Shown here: in pieces, positions 13,993-28,874 of the stretch
Layout of the letters: each line of letters starts with the position of its first letter
Numbering within the stretch: position 1 is the first letter of the stretch
Assembly: GCA_025786725.1 (NCBI GenBank)
Contig: JAHLTZ010000036.1
Span: 62,001 to 126,000, forward strand
Length of the DNA: 64,000 nt
Source: Syncephalis fuscata S228
Lineage: Eukaryota; Fungi; Zoopagomycota
Direction of reading: 5' to 3'
Position numbers and translations under genes: made by a program
Notes under the pieces: generated by a model
Told to the model about the DNA's origin: nothing
The model's input: only the letters and a program-made list of their open reading frames with translations
Database searches by the model: none

Positions 13993-15926
13993 CTAAAAGT
14001 TTGGATTATTACGAGTACGTGAGCGATTTGACGACGACGTGTACTGTTCTTGTCCATATCGAGATGTTTGCTGTGTTGGTGAACGCTGGGATCGCGGCTG
14101 TGATTGTTGTGGCTGTCGTCGTTGTGATGATATATACTGTGATTGTACTGTTGTTGATGACTGGAGTTCTGATGGTGCAATAAGTGGACCATTTCTACCG
14201 TTATTGTTGTGTCGATTTAAAGATTGTTGTTGCTGGTGTTGCGCCAATAGTGTACCACTACTGCCTGCAGTAAAGCTACGTGATTGTCGTTTTGGCTGTT
14301 GTGCTAATAATGGTCCATTGCCGCTTGTATTAGCATTATTTGATCGTGGCCGTGGTGGTAGTGTACTAGTCGTTTTTGCTCTTTGGTTCTTCGGTCGACG
14401 CACTGCTACCACGGGTCGTGTATATCGGTCTGACAATTCCCCATCGCTGGTATCGCCGGCATGGCTGCCATTATGGGATCGAGTTTTGTAGCGTCCAGAT
14501 CCAGCTGATGAATTACTAGTAGCTGGTGAGGCTGGTCGACGTGGCAATGGCATAGGTGGGTAGTCGGGACCAATACTAATAAAGCCGTTGTTGCCGTTGT
14601 TTTTAATGGCAGCGCGATTGCCAAAGGGTGGCAATGGTAGATTCGAATGACTACTGTAGTTTGATTCCATGTCTGAATCATCATATTCGCTATTAACGTC
14701 ATTGACATCGACACCGAGTCGTATATTATAGCCATGCTGTACCGAATGGCCGTAGATCGTTTGATCGATTGGCGCCATTACCGCAGACATGGCTTTTGAT
14801 TGCTTTTGAGCACGTCGAGGTTGCCTAGTACGTGTTCGAGAGGAGGATGAATAATCTGTGCCTACAGATTCACGTCTTCCACTATTGTACGCTGCAGTGG
14901 CTGGTCGTACTAGTGAAGCAAGAGAGGCATGCATGTTTTGATTATTGTAATTAATTCCGGCTGATGATAATCTTTTTGGATTAATTACGGCACTAGTTCT
15001 ATTGCCGACTGGTCTGCCACGTGCCCGTTGCATTTCTTCCTCAAGGATCCGACGTTCTTCTAATTCTTTCTTTCTCCGTTTGCGCGATTTACGCGCTATT
15101 AATTCAGAAACACTATTATGATATCAGTAATCCGCCATTTAACGGGTGTAATTTCTACTTACCGTTTATCGATTTTGTGGCACACATATTCTTTCAAATT
15201 GCCACGAATTCTAGAGACTGTTGGATGATAAAGTAAACAAGCTATGATTACAGATGCAATTGTAATAAGCCATAGTATATACGAAATTGTAGCTGTAATT
15301 TCAGGAAGTGTTTTACCAACTCTATGACTACGAATATTTGTGTTCACTCCACTGTTGCCGATAATAACGTTGAGTATCTGACGCGGCGAATTAACAAATA
15401 ATAGACGTTTCCAGCCTATAATGACGTTAGCTATTATGCATCATTATTAACACAGCATACCTTTTAATTGAAAGTAAATGAAATTAGCACTGCGGCCCCA
15501 AAAAGATTTTGTTACATTGATTTGTGCAAAAAGACAGAAAGTCGAATAGGATCTAACGCAATAATAACGATAGGCTGTTCTATTTGTATAGGCATAGGCA
15601 ATATCGCGGCTTTTAACAATGCGGCGAGCCTTGATCCATTCCGATATAAATAGACCTGTTGAAAGAAGCAATGATATACTGTAGATTACCAGACCAACAT
15701 AAAATGATCCACTCTGAGATCTGCCGGAAGTTTTCATATAACTAATTACTGTAATTGCATCGGCTATATATGCACCGACTGATCTCATAATCAGCACATA
15801 AACAATACAGTATCTTAATTGCATCCATGTTGAGTTATTATAAAACTCATTAATATCGACAAAATCAAATTTATGATCGGGTATAATTTCACGTTTCCAT
15901 TTTACCGTGTCTTTACGTTCCACCAT
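13993..15926 (-). CDS. Kch1/Prm6-family fungal potassium transporter, copy 1
   Basis: WKREIIPDHKFDFVDINEF, SRDIAYAYTN, YSTFCLF, LKG|WKRLLF and RGNLKEYVCHKIDKR, followed by a disordered S/R/Q-rich tail; two introns. Confidence 0.85.
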
Positions 15927-17023
15927 ATTAAAAATGGCTATTAGAATTAAAGCTCCACTTAATGAGTAAAAATCAATTAAATGAATCAATTGATAGTCGG
16001 TAATAATAATAATGATAAAGTTCAAGCCAAGAACAAATGTCAGTCTTTTGGTTATCGTCTGCTCTAAATAAACCAGCGTCGAGTAGGAAATCAAATAGGC
16101 AAGGCTGTTATAGACTGGCAATAAAGCCTTCTAAAGTATATCACGTGTACTGACTGAATAGCAGTATATAGTAAAGCAATAATGTAGAAATGGATTGGTG
16201 TAATAATAAGGAGCAATAGAAAGAAGACAACATGGCAATTTATTGCCTTATACTTTTGTTTGGCATGCGTGTTATATTTAGGCCATTCAAGGATTACCAG
16301 TAATCAGCAGGTAAGTTTATACCTTTACTGTGATGCATAAACCGGTTACAATCAATGAACGTGACTATTATGCAGTAGTCTTGGCAATATTATGGCTTGT
16401 ATTTGCCACTCATCACTGGGTAATCATTAAGCCAAAACGGCACATGTTTTATGTTTAATGACGCGAAACAAAGTCGGAAAACAATCTTGTTTATTGAGCC
16501 ATACGTACTTATTGGATTGGATACCTCATATAGCAGTGTAGATATAATTGTAATGAACTATAATGTTGCTATAAAAACAATAGCAGCTATAAGCATATAA
16601 AAGTGTGCAAAACATGAGTTAAATACATTTAGATACTATTTATTAATAATAAAACTAGCTAGGTGTATAGCTTTTTTTTAAATAATTGGTAATTAAGACT
16701 TGGAATACGGTTAAAAACGTGCAATTATAGATTTTGTGCGTGGAAATAAATTAATAATTTATAATTACCAAATACGGTAATGATAATGTATTAATATTTA
16801 AAATTATTGCTGCCATAAAACGGCTGATGTGTATATGAATAATAATACAGCTGATGTTTTAACTGACTAATTAAAAAACATAGTTTTGCTCATGACAATA
16901 TGAATATTAGTATTGACTGTGTCTCTAAATTATAAATCTATAAACAATAAGAATAATATTATATCGAGTTTAAGATTTTATTGAGCTATTTACTATATAC
17001 AATGTGTTAGATATATGAGCTAT

Positions 17024-18801
17024 TTACTCAGAGCTTTGACCATCACGGATATGCGAACGCTTTGATGAAGATGTATACTGCTCTTGTCCGTATCGAGATG
17101 GCTGTTGCGATTGTGATGATTTGGATGCTGTATTGAGCAAACTAGCTGTACCATTATTATACCTGCTCGAAGATTCCGATTGGTGTTGTCGTGGTGACGA
17201 TAATGTATCACTAATACGTGTATTGGAGCCGCTATATGATTTTTGGTGTAGTGGCAAGTTGCCAGTGCTGCCTGTTTTTGGACTTTGTGGTCGGCGTACT
17301 ACTGGTCGTGTATATCGGTCGGGAATGTGTCATCATTAATACTACTGGCATGGCTATTATTGCGAGATCGGCTCTTGTAGATTTCAAATTTGGTCAATGA
17401 ATTACTATTGGTAGGCGAGGCCGTTTGACGTGGCAAAACCAAAGGCAGATAGCTATCTTCAGTATCCTCTGCACCACTGTTGCTACCACCAGCACTGCCA
17501 CGACTGGCAAAGGGCGATAACGGCAATATTGGTGGGTCTTTAATGTCAGATTCAAGGTCCAAGTCTTCATAATCACCGTTGATTTCGTTGGCATCGACAC
17601 CAAGACGTGTGCTATAGCCATGCTGCGCCGAATGGCCATAGATTGTTTGATTGATAGGCGTCATTATATCAGACATGGCCATCTTTTGTTTTCCAAAACG
17701 GCGAGGTGGTAAAGTTTGTGCTTTAGACGAGGGTGAGTTATCGGCACTTAATAATTTAGTGTTGTTAGACCGCACCAGCGAGGCAAGAGAAGCGTGAGTA
17801 TCGTCTTTGTTTTCTCCCGCTTTTACGGATGAAGAACTTTCTATATTAATTGTTTTGTTGTTGCTAGCATTAATTGGTTTGCCGCGTGCTCGTTCCAGAT
17901 CTTCCTTAAGAAGTCGGCGTTCTGCTTTTTCTTGCTTTCTACGCTTGTCCCCGTTAGATTTTAGCAGCTTAGAAATGCTGGCACAATATAATTAATATGC
18001 TAGTCAATAGTTATAATTTACTGCTTACCGTTTATCAATTTTATGGCATACATATTTTTTTAAATTGCCACGGATTCTAGAAGCCGTCGGGCGATAGAGT
18101 ATACACGCCATTATAATGGAAACCAGGGTAAAACCCCATAAAACAGTGGAAATTGTCGATCCAATTCCTTGAATCCTTTTTTCAATATTAGGATTATAAA
18201 TGTCAAAACTGTTTTTTACACCTTCAATAGTAAGAATAATATTGATTATTTTATGCGGTGAACTAGCAAGAAACAAACGTTTCCAGTCTAGATCAATGTT
18301 AGCTATTATGCATCATTATTAACACAGCATACCTTTTAATTGAAAGTAAATGAAATTAGCACTGCGGCCCCAAAAAGATTTTGTTACATTGATTTGTGCA
18401 AAAAGACAGAAAGTCGAATAGGATCTAACGCAATAATAACGATAGGCTGTTCTATTTGTATAGGCATAGGCAATATCGCGGCTTTTAACAATACGGCGAG
18501 CCTTGATCCATTCCAATACAAATAAAACTGTTGAAAGAAGCAATGATATACTGTAGACTATGAAGGCAACATAGATGAGTGGATCAACCCTTCCTTCTAT
18601 CACGATTATAGCGAAGGATACTGCCGTAGATACATCAGCTATATATGCACCAACTGATTTCATAATCAGCACATAAACAATACAGTATTTCAACCGCATC
18701 CATGTTGAGTTATCATAAAACTCATTAATATCGACAAAATCAAATTTATGATCGGGTATAATTTCACGTTTCCATTTTACCGTGTCTTTATGTTCCACCA
18801 T
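17024..18801 (-). CDS. Kch1/Prm6-family potassium transporter, copy 2 (tandem duplicate of copy 1)
   Basis: Same motifs and intron positions as copy 1; a -1 frameshift in a C-run near 17321 splits the tail. Confidence 0.8.
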
Positions 18802-20560
18802 ATTGGCAATCACTGATACGACTTAATTTGAGTTATGGAATACAAATGGATTGAGTGAATGAGTTGATTGTTAATAGAATTAGGTTAAGACGAAAGATAA
18901 ATAAAGGTTTTTGCTTATCAATCGTTCTAAATAGATATCGAGTAGAACTTTAAACAAGTAAAGTAGCTATGTAGTAGTAGCACACTTTGATAGAGTGTAA
19001 CGCGTGTTAGTTAGACAGTAGTATTTAACAACGAGAGTAGTAGTAATGAGAAGAATAATACGGATAAAAATACATCACCTTACAAGATGACATTATATAG
19101 CGTTGCAGGGCACGCATACCGCTTCTAGACTATTCATGGGTATCTACAAAAGCAAGCAAGTTAGCTCATGCCTTTACTACAAATGCATGTACAACATGTT
19201 TTCAATAGAAAAGTGTAACAATGTGTAAAATAGCTGCAGCAATGTATGAAATACTTTCAACTACACTACACATGTTTGTTATCGTCAATGGCTAACTACT
19301 GGTTGCACAAAAATAAAACTATGCTTAATGTTAGGCGTATTCTTGTAAAAACATAACTATAATATTGGGCTGGTAACAATATCACTAAGAAATGCACCAT
19401 GGATTAGACAGTATGTTAAAGTCATATGTGAACAGTTACAGGGATAATGCATATAATGGATGTCAGCGCTAATTACAAAGAACAAAGAACCACATAAGGA
19501 TATAGCCAATAAATAATTGCTAACTGTGGACATATGCACAGTCACCTGAGCTGATATGCTGCATCATGCTGAAATAGTACAAGGCATTCAGGTTCTATCG
19601 TTAGTCACCCTTACTGCAGAATAATAGCATTACTCAATATCAATGAAAACAACCAATTTTTAGTTCCATCTTATTTGTTTTTAGTACCATACAAAGTTAT
19701 CCAGTTTATTATATAGGAACTGTGCATTAAACAACCAATAGAAAATAAGTCTATTGTTAAAGCAATATTAACTAACTAGCATGTTGTATTCTGAGTGCTA
19801 TGGCAGGTATTAATGAATGCCAAAGGCCAACATTATACGATAGTGTCAAAATAACATGCTACTTGTTCATTTAGGCTGCATTCTTTAAAAGCATAATTAT
19901 AGCATTTATTTAGGCCAATAAATTATTGTCTCATCTTTTAAAATATGTGGTGCTATTCCATTACTTTATTGATGTGTTTTATAATATCAGTATTTGGTGC
20001 TAAGTGACTTTCTTCTTTTGGTATATTCACTAATATATTGAATATGTTCTATGATAATGAGTAGTTTTGGGGTAAAATAACTTTATTCTTAATGCATTAT
20101 TGCTTCACTTGTTGTCCTATGATGTACCAACATGTTGGGTAGATTGACTTTTATTATTTACACTCCATTTATTAATGAATTAAACTCACATCTTTATAAA
20201 TATTGACCGACAAACACCTTCTACACTATATCCTTCCATTGCTTTTTTCACAAATCACTTTTATCACTCTAATTATTGGTATTAGCAGCTTCTTTAGCAT
20301 GGTAAGTGCATTTCTGGCTTGTTTTTATGCTATTTGAGCATATTCTGTGATATTCTCATTGTATGCTTTGTTTTACTGTAGACCATTACAAGTTGTGCTA
20401 ATAACATTATTATGATATCAATAGTAGTAGACCGCACTGTTGTATGGGCATAATTGCAAACACAATAACTGTATTGTCTATATTAATTGCTACTTTTTTA
20501 GAGATATATTAATGTATAGCAATACAGAATAGAATAAAAATGATATATATGTACTGAGTG

Positions 20561-20773
20561 TATGCATACTGGATAATGAATTTATGATGACGAGTATTTG
20601 ATGATTGATGTCACTCACCACCCATCATCACGTTCAATAGATTGGATGTTATTAACAGTAGTCATTTAACCACCAAGTAAACAATAAATGTGATGATGCA
20701 ATGATTAAATAAAACTCACCACTTGTTCCCATGTTCAATAGAACAAAAATGTAGTTCAACTACGCGAATGTTA
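20561..20773 (+). repeat. Dispersed ~210-bp repeat, a solo arm of the MITE-like family
   Basis: Aligns by eye with 41357-41566 (reverse), 41895-42082 and 44849-44960 (GAGTATTTGATGATTGATGTCACTCACC...TACGCGAATGTTA). Confidence 0.8.
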
Positions 20774-21082
20774 TTAAAAATAGCCATTTGGCCCTCAAAT
20801 CATATTAAATAGTCAAAAAAATCTAGGTACAAAATATATACGGCTGGTTATTGTGTGTCTATTAAACTATTTACGACAATGGAGCTTGTTAGTTGTAGCG
20901 ACAATTACATTTTGGTACTTTACAAATGACTACAGCTTTCATTAATAATCAATAATAAACCTTTTATATTAATCATCTGGCATTGACTAGCTATTGATTG
21001 TACCAAAACAGGCATATGTTTTAAGTTTAATGACATGAAATAAAGTAAAGAAGAAATATGATTCATTGAAGCATAGTAGCAT

Positions 21083-23150
21083 CTAAAAATTGCCGCCGCC
21101 ATAAGGTGGTCGATGTGTAGATGAAGAATACGGCTGTTGTTGCTGATGTGGCTGTGGCTGTCGCGGCATAGGCTGCGCGTTACCACGATTGCCATTACCA
21201 TAGTTGCGTTGTGGTCGGCCACGTGTACCGTACCGGCTTGAAGCACCATCATCATCGCTTTCATCGCCATAATTGCTACGATTGTCGCCCTGGTGGTGCG
21301 GTCGGCCACCATATCGTCCTGATCCCATAGAAGAGACACTGCCAGTGGGGGAGGCCGGTCGACGTGGCGGCAGCATTGCATAAGCTTCATTTGTTGGGGT
21401 GTGATTAGGACCGTTGCCATATCGGTTTTGCAGACCAGATGGTGTTTGCGGTGCATTATAGTGGTGATTATTGTGCTGGTGGGCCAATCGGCTATCTCCA
21501 CCATAGTTAGATCCAGCATCCGATCCACCAAAGTCACTACGTGCATAAGGTGCTCGTGGTGGTCCACCATAACGAGATGTATCGATGGGTGGTGGTATAT
21601 GGTGTGGTGGTGGTGGTGGGCGATGATTGGGCCCGCCACGATGACTGCCGGCGTATTCACTGCCACCATAATCACTTCGACCATCGTCGTAACCATTGCC
21701 GGCTGGTCCATTAGGTGGATATGGTCGTCCTGGACGATCGCGTGCTCCACTGTAATCGCTACGCGTATCGTCATAATCGTTGGTATGATTATTATGACCA
21801 AAACGGCTTGGTTCAGCGTGCATAGGTGGTGCACGTTGATAGTTTTGTTGTTGTTGGCCATATCCTGCTGCTCGTCCATATGGATCTTGGTTTACAGGCA
21901 TAGGTGGCATTGGATGTGCCGAGGCATAGTTGGGATCCTGATGTACCAAGGGCTGTCGTGATACAGATGAATAAGTAGTACTTACGGATTCAATACTAGG
22001 TCGACGATACACGGCGGGAGCAGGACGTTTATCTGCAAATTTATTGGTCGTAGAAGGATTTGGTCGTACCATTGCTGAAATAGGACGGGAGTTATTGTCC
22101 ACAGCGTTCAATGTAGGCAAAGTAGGCTGACGTCCGGCGACAGCGGTAATAGCGGCCTTGCTAGTCACATCTTTGCCTTGAGCTCGAAGCATTTCCTCTT
22201 GAATACGACGTTGATCACGCTGTTGTTCCAAGATGCGTTTACGCGATTTACGCAATAGCAAATTAGCAATACTAAATTGTTGAATTAGTATTTGATACAT
22301 ATGCTACACTAAAGTATTACTTACCGCTTATCTATCTTATGACAAACATATTCTTTCAAATTGCCTCTAATGTTGCACAGCAGTGGCACATACAAAAAAC
22401 ATGCTATGACCGTGAACACGGCTGTGATGCACCAGAGTGCAAACGAAAAGGTAGACGTAAAGAACGATGTACGCAATCTTACATCTTGAGGACTTGTAGG
22501 ACGAAACACTGCCCAATCAATACCATGGCCACCCTTGGTAGCAGTGGCCCATATATTAATGGCATTAAGTACTTGACGTGGAGCGTCAGCCAACAACATA
22601 CGTTTCCAGCCTATATTCCACCGTTTGTTATTAGTGTTATTCATAACAAGTGGACTATTGATAGTTACTTACCTTTTAATGTAAAGTAGACGAAATAGGC
22701 AATGCGATCTTTAAGGGATTGCGTAACACCAATTTGTGAGAAAAAGCAGTAATGTGAATAGGACCGAATGCTGTAGAAACGAAAAGCGGCGATATTTGTA
22801 TACGCATAGGCAATATCCCGACTAGCAATAATTCGTCTGGCCTTCTTTCCTTCCCATAGCAGTAATATAAATGATACAGCAATAGAGGCAAGATAAAGCC
22901 AACGTCGTATGTCTAACGGAATCAAGATATCCTTTTCCTTAGACATGCCGTCTGATTTAATCAGCAGATAAGCGGTCCATATATCGGCGCAGTACATTAA
23001 TATTGCCTTAATAACGACAAGAAAAATAAAGCAATAGGTAATTCGTCGGATAGGAGAAGAATCGTAAAATACTTTAACGTCTACAAAATCGAATTTGTGA
23101 TCCTGGACAACTTCACGCTTCCATTTTGCGGTGGAGCAACAGCAACCCAT
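21083..23150 (-). CDS. Kch1/Prm6-family potassium transporter, copy 3
   Basis: MGCCCSTAKWKREVVQDHKFDFVD...RGNLKEYVCHKIDKR with a P/G/Y-rich tail; two introns. Confidence 0.88.
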
Positions 23151-25880
23151 GTTGTTAAATAGTGCTGCCACCTAAGTGTTAAATATAATAGTAGCAAGTC
23201 GTGCAACGGCCGTCAATACTAGTATAATATGTATGAGCGGTGATTGAAAACCGTTTTATCTACTGCGCCAAGTACAGGTAGATATTGTTTATCTATCGAA
23301 GTTTAAAGATAAATTGTTGTTTGTTGTTGTTATTATTGCTATGGTCGATATTGCTATCACTGCTATTAATGCTGTTAGCTGTTATTATGCTTTTTAATTC
23401 AGATGACAGCAAGTATAGTATTTAATGCAGTCTATGAACCAATGAATAGCTCAAAAGTATCCTGCAATATCGAAGATAAAAATAAGTTCAATTCTGAACG
23501 AGAAGATAAAGGAGAAAGAAGTATGCTAGTGCGCCTTACGGAACCAAGCCGAGGCCCAAGCAGAAAAAATGCGATATAAAAAGAATACTACCACTGTTAC
23601 TGCGAATACACAGGTGAACTTGATTTATCTGCCAAGCATGCCTAAGTACTTGTGTACATCTGCTGCAATGATGAGAACAGTAGCGGTAAGGTTAGTAAAG
23701 ATAGCTGTGATAGTTGGAGTAGCGGAATGTACGAGAGAAGAGATAAACCGCTGAAACAAAAGTAACGAGATGAGTATCCTCGGCGATAAAGAGGCGACAC
23801 TTTTTGAAGAAAGGAGATGATAGAAAGAATGTTCCAAAAATAGTAGCCAAGAGATGTCAATTGCTAAATGTGTTAGGCCAATGCATGAGTGATTGAGTTT
23901 GTCAATTCTAGATTTGATGGATTCTATTAAACTATTGCTTTATAGATACTGTGTTGCATCAGCTCTGAGCAGTTATCTACAAGCTTATACTGGTCAATAC
24001 GCAATAAATCTATGTTTTATACGCACTTGTGTTTATGATAATGATACCGAGTTTAGAAATGAATTGATTGTATTACATTTGTCCCGTTGCCCTACACATA
24101 AATCTATAAATACGACTAATAATAGATACCATTTAAACAGGTAGATCATTGCCTCAGTTGTCGAAATGCACCTAGACTATTTCATTAATATATCACTAAT
24201 ACTATATTTTACAATCGTATTATTTGCTGTTAAATGACTTTTATCCTTAATACGTTGGTTATCCAACTATCAATCTGTTCTATGATATACCGACATGTTG
24301 GGGAACTGGCTTTTATTATTTACACTCCGCTTATTAGCTTATTAGTATTTTATCTCACGCCTTTACCATCTCTTAATTGCACAGCTTACAGTTTACATGC
24401 TATTTTTAATCTTTATTTTATTTTATACAATATTTATTTATTAAACCCTTTTCGCACTTTATTTATGCTGCTAATAAATACTAAATATTCTAATTTGCTA
24501 TAGATTATTATTGCAGATCATAATGGTGGCAGTTTGTGTAGTTTCGACAATAGCAAGTCACATTGCTGTACCGTTATTGAAGATTCGTATCGATAATTGA
24601 ATTAAAATGACCATAGTCATATATAGATAATTTCCAAAATAGTGACTACGGTAACTATATTGCTATTATTTCCTTACCAATTACTTTTCTTTTTCTCTTT
24701 GCTTTATTTCACCATTTAAATAGCCTTATATATTGGTATTAATCTATGGCGTATAAGAGTGTTAATCAAACAACGCTGCGCCAATCTTAGTCACTGGGCT
24801 GTCTTTTCTAATTTGGCATTGTATTGGATATTAATTATCGTTAATGACTATTAGTTGAGTGCTTTTTGGTTATATGTACTATCGATCTAAATTTCAAATA
24901 TACACTGCTATTCGAGATTTGTAGCCATGGATGTTTCTATTGTACATACTAGAGATATTCATAACTTTTACATAACATATTAGTATAGCTAACAATAATG
25001 GTGCAAATGTGTTAATGATGAAAGGCTAATAAAACACAGAAAAGCATATAACCAAATGAATGAACAAAAAAAGAATGCATGAATAATAATAATGTAATTA
25101 TAGTATACAAAACCAAGTGAATACTATGAGCGTAATAAATCGACATTTGTAACAATACAGCTGGCAATAAATAAACACTTTTACTACTTTTGCTTAACCA
25201 ACATACGATAAAACGATAAAACGTAAAGTAATCAGTATAATAAATTTGTTATCCTATACATATATATTTTTAACGTTATATAACCGTACAAGTTTAAATC
25301 TATTGGTGAGGCTATATCCATAAAAGGACTATGGATAAATCGGTCATCATCAAATGAATGATTTCTACGTTATTTTATGGTAGTGATGCTTTATCATAGT
25401 AACTACTAATCAAGTACAATGACGATATAAAAAAGAATCTCCAATGCATATAAATGGTATTGTCATTACCTAGTTGTGTTATAAATCGCATTTTTATGAT
25501 GGATAAACTGATTGGCCTCTAACATGTGATAATGGGATAAACTAAAGGACATCATACGATATTATATTGCTCGTGGTCTTTGTTCACACCATTATACGAA
25601 CTATATATTGCTCTGCACGCGCGTTTTGTTTCGCTCATGCCTAACCAGCTTCTTCTCCTTTCTAATCTTCCTCTCTTAACAAGCTTGCTTATTTCATTTC
25701 AATACTTGTATTGTCAAATTGCTACCTGCAGCTAACTGCATACCACATTTCCTTATTTTTCTATAAGCTTTAGTTGCGTGTGCGTTGATAATCACCCTGC
25801 CTACAGCCTTGTTACTCACCTTTATTCTTTATCTTTTTCTACAAACAAAGTAGCAAACATCTGCGGAAACAGTGTTCATC

Positions 25881-27449
25881 ATGCTAAAGATTCCTATTAT
25901 AAGCCGGCTTAACTGGCATGACTATCAAGGATTAGTTATTACGCTTGTGTTTGTATTTGTTGAGTCGATTCTTAGACTGCTATTTGCTATTGTGCCACTA
26001 TCGTTACTTCGTCGTTGGATATTCAATCCAATTCTAAGCCATCTGCCAAAACCTGCTCATTCAGATGACCATACAGAGCAGTTTGCTAGCGCACATAGAT
26101 TTACCGATCTTACCAACATATGGAAGTATCCAAGCGAGGAGCATTTAGTCGAGACGACCGATGGGTATGTACTCTGTTTACACCGCATCCCACATGCTCG
26201 CCAATCACCACCGGGCAGCACGCTTGACCAGAAAAAGCCTGTCGTTTTACTTTGGCACGGCTTTATGATGAATTCAGAAGTATTTGTATGCAGTCCGGAC
26301 CGAGAAAAGAATTTGGCATTTATTCTTGCCGATGCCGGGTAGGTCGCTTGTAGTGCAGATTGGCACGTATTTGTGATTATTTAGCATTACTAACGATGTT
26401 GACGTGCTATTATAGCTTTGACGTTTGGCTTGGTAATTCACGTGGCAACAAATATTCCTATAAGCATCGACAGCATAAGCCAGACTCAAATGCTTTTTGG
26501 GACTTTTCCTTGGACGAATTGGCCGCCTATGATATGCCCAACAGCGTAGATTACATTCTCGCTGAGACGGGCATGCCTCAATTGGCCTATATTGGATTCT
26601 CTCAGGGAACGGCCCAGGCATTTGCATCGCTATCGACCCGTCGTGAACTTAACAAAAAGGTATCACTTTTCATTGCATTAGCACCGGCAACAAAGCCACC
26701 TGGTCTAGAGAACCGTCTCGTCAATGCTTTGGCCAAATCATCGCCACATTTTGTCTATCTGCTGTTTGGACGTCGCCGTGGCCTTTCAATTGCGCTATTC
26801 TGGCGCGACATACTACCTAGACGGCTGTATACACTAGCACTTGATCTATGCGTTAACTTACTATTTGGCTGGCATTCAGCAAATATGTCCTATCGTCAAA
26901 AGGTTGTTTGCTATGCACATTTATACTCATACTCAAGCGTAAAAACCATTGCTCACTGGTTCCAAATCATTGGTGCACGTCGCTTCCAAACTTACGACGA
27001 CTTGCCGCCCACTCGACTCACCGACTCAGTTGATGGCGACCAAGCCGGCCACATTTCGCTAACGTATCCAACTCAACGCATCCACACACCAATTGCTCTA
27101 TTCTATGGTGGATGCGACTCGCTATCCAACATTAATGAGCTACTTAAAGATTTACCGGTGCCTGCTTACGCCCATAAAGTGGATCATTTCGAACATTTAG
27201 GTAAGAGAACATGATGTTTTATTTAATTTAAAATGCATACTTATATAGAGTATAACTACTTTACTAGACTTTTTATGGGCCGACGATGCACATCAGGTCG
27301 TCTATCCAGATGTTGTACGTTTACTTTCCGAGAATATTACGCCAAAAGTCAAGATTGCTACAAAAACAAATTGTTTCCAGTCTAATGCCACCGAAGTTAA
27401 ACTTCACTCGCCTGCTTCCTCTCGTTCCAATTCGCCATTAGCTCTTTAA
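25881..27449 (+). CDS. Alpha/beta-hydrolase lipase/sterol esterase, Tgl1/Yeh-like
   Basis: N-terminal TM segment, TTDGYVLCLHRI, VLLWHG, DVWLGNSRGNKYS, nucleophile motif GFSQG, and catalytic His in FEHLDFLW; two introns. Confidence 0.92.
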
Positions 27450-27749
27450 TTGCCTATTATTAGCATAATATACGTTAATTAATTACATGAAGCTATTGGG
27501 GGTTTGAGTCCCTCATCTTTATTTCAAAAGCATAGAAATTTGTTTTTGGAAATAAAAGATATGGGGCTCTGACTTTATTTCAACATTCTAAGGATAATGT
27601 TAGCAATATGTTATCATATATTTTATTTAGTTTATCAATTCAATATAATAATTTTTTTACATATATTAGCATATTGCAGCTAGTTACATTTAATACGGCT
27701 ACATTGACATTGCTCATTTCAACAATAATACCAGTGATTTATTTGTATT

Positions 27750-28515
27750 GTTTATTACAGAATATTAAACAAATTATTAACTATTTATTGTGATTTGTGG
27801 TTAAAATGACTATTTCTAATGGTATTCAATCTATTGAATATGATGATGAATAATGAATAATATCAATCATCAAATACTCACCATTGTAGATTTATTATTC
27901 AGTATAATTATAGAACATGTCATCAGTAAACGATGTGTGTAATAAGAATAATATATAAAAAACAATAAGATAAGCAAGTATAGAATAACGCCATCAGTAA
28001 AATAATGATAGCATTGGCAAAAAGAATATTCTGAATAAATTACTATTTAAAGATTTTGCTGCGTAACATTTTTATGCCAATTCATATACGAATGTGACGT
28101 GCTAACACACTTAGAAAGGCAAAGTAATGTTCTACTAGCTATATAAATAAATAAAATGTATCCATTTTAACAAGTCTAGATTCATTCTAATTGTGTGCAC
28201 ACATTTAAACTCCACTTTAAACCGTCAATCAGTTTTTACTATTGAGAAGTGATTTGTTGAAGCAGTGCCACATCAACTCTGATTGAATTAATTGGAGATG
28301 AATCAGTCTGCACTATCTTCAATGTCCGATGTCAGTGTTAATAAATGTTAACTAATATTTTTATGTTACTTACAATAAAATGTCATAAATAAATAAATGT
28401 TGGCCCATATTATTGTCGCTGTAAAATATTCAAAGCATCATAATTTAATATTTAATGTCACTCACCATCCAGTTCCATGTTTAGTATAACAACAAATGTG
28501 TAGTTCAATCATGTC
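27750..28515. repeat. Degenerate member of the MITE-like family (two partial arms in inverted orientation)
   Basis: 27795-27905 matches the reverse arm (AATCTATTGAA..ATCAATCATCAAATACTCA); 28455-28510 matches the forward arm (ATGTCACTCACCATCCAGTTCCATGTT..TGTAGTTCAA). Confidence 0.55.
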
Positions 28516-28874
28516 AATTTTTGGTTTTTTGACACTGAATCACATGTTAACTAATAAATTATTAGATTGGAGTTATTGCATTTTGACTTTCTATTCTTTA
28601 TTTACCTATTTCACCATCTTTTTCTTATTACTATCTTATCGTCTTATCTTCTTATCTTCTTTTTAGATATTTTATTCCGTAGTATATTATGTGATAATGT
28701 TGAATATAACAATATAAATAGCATGAGTATTTGAACATCAATAAAGAACACTATTCAATCCCTAGTCTTTATTTCTCTTATTTTACATCAACACCTGTTC
28801 AAGTAACCTCAACGGCATGCCATATCTTCTGGTTACAACTGTCGCCACAAGATGTTTCTGGTGAATACACTTAA

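Noticed and set aside
14039-14491. Cys-rich antisense ORF, and similar antisense ORFs over the Kch, CSL and secreted genes
   Set aside because: Shadow frames of Q/S/R-rich coding sequence on the opposite strand.
19357-19545. Hydrophobic ORF between Kch copies 2 and 3 as a further paralogue remnant
   Set aside because: No Kch motifs recognisable in the frames I read.
25309-25518. Weak inverted similarity (GAGGC..TATCCAT..AAAA) suggesting a small MITE
   Set aside because: Too degenerate, with no TSD or second copy.
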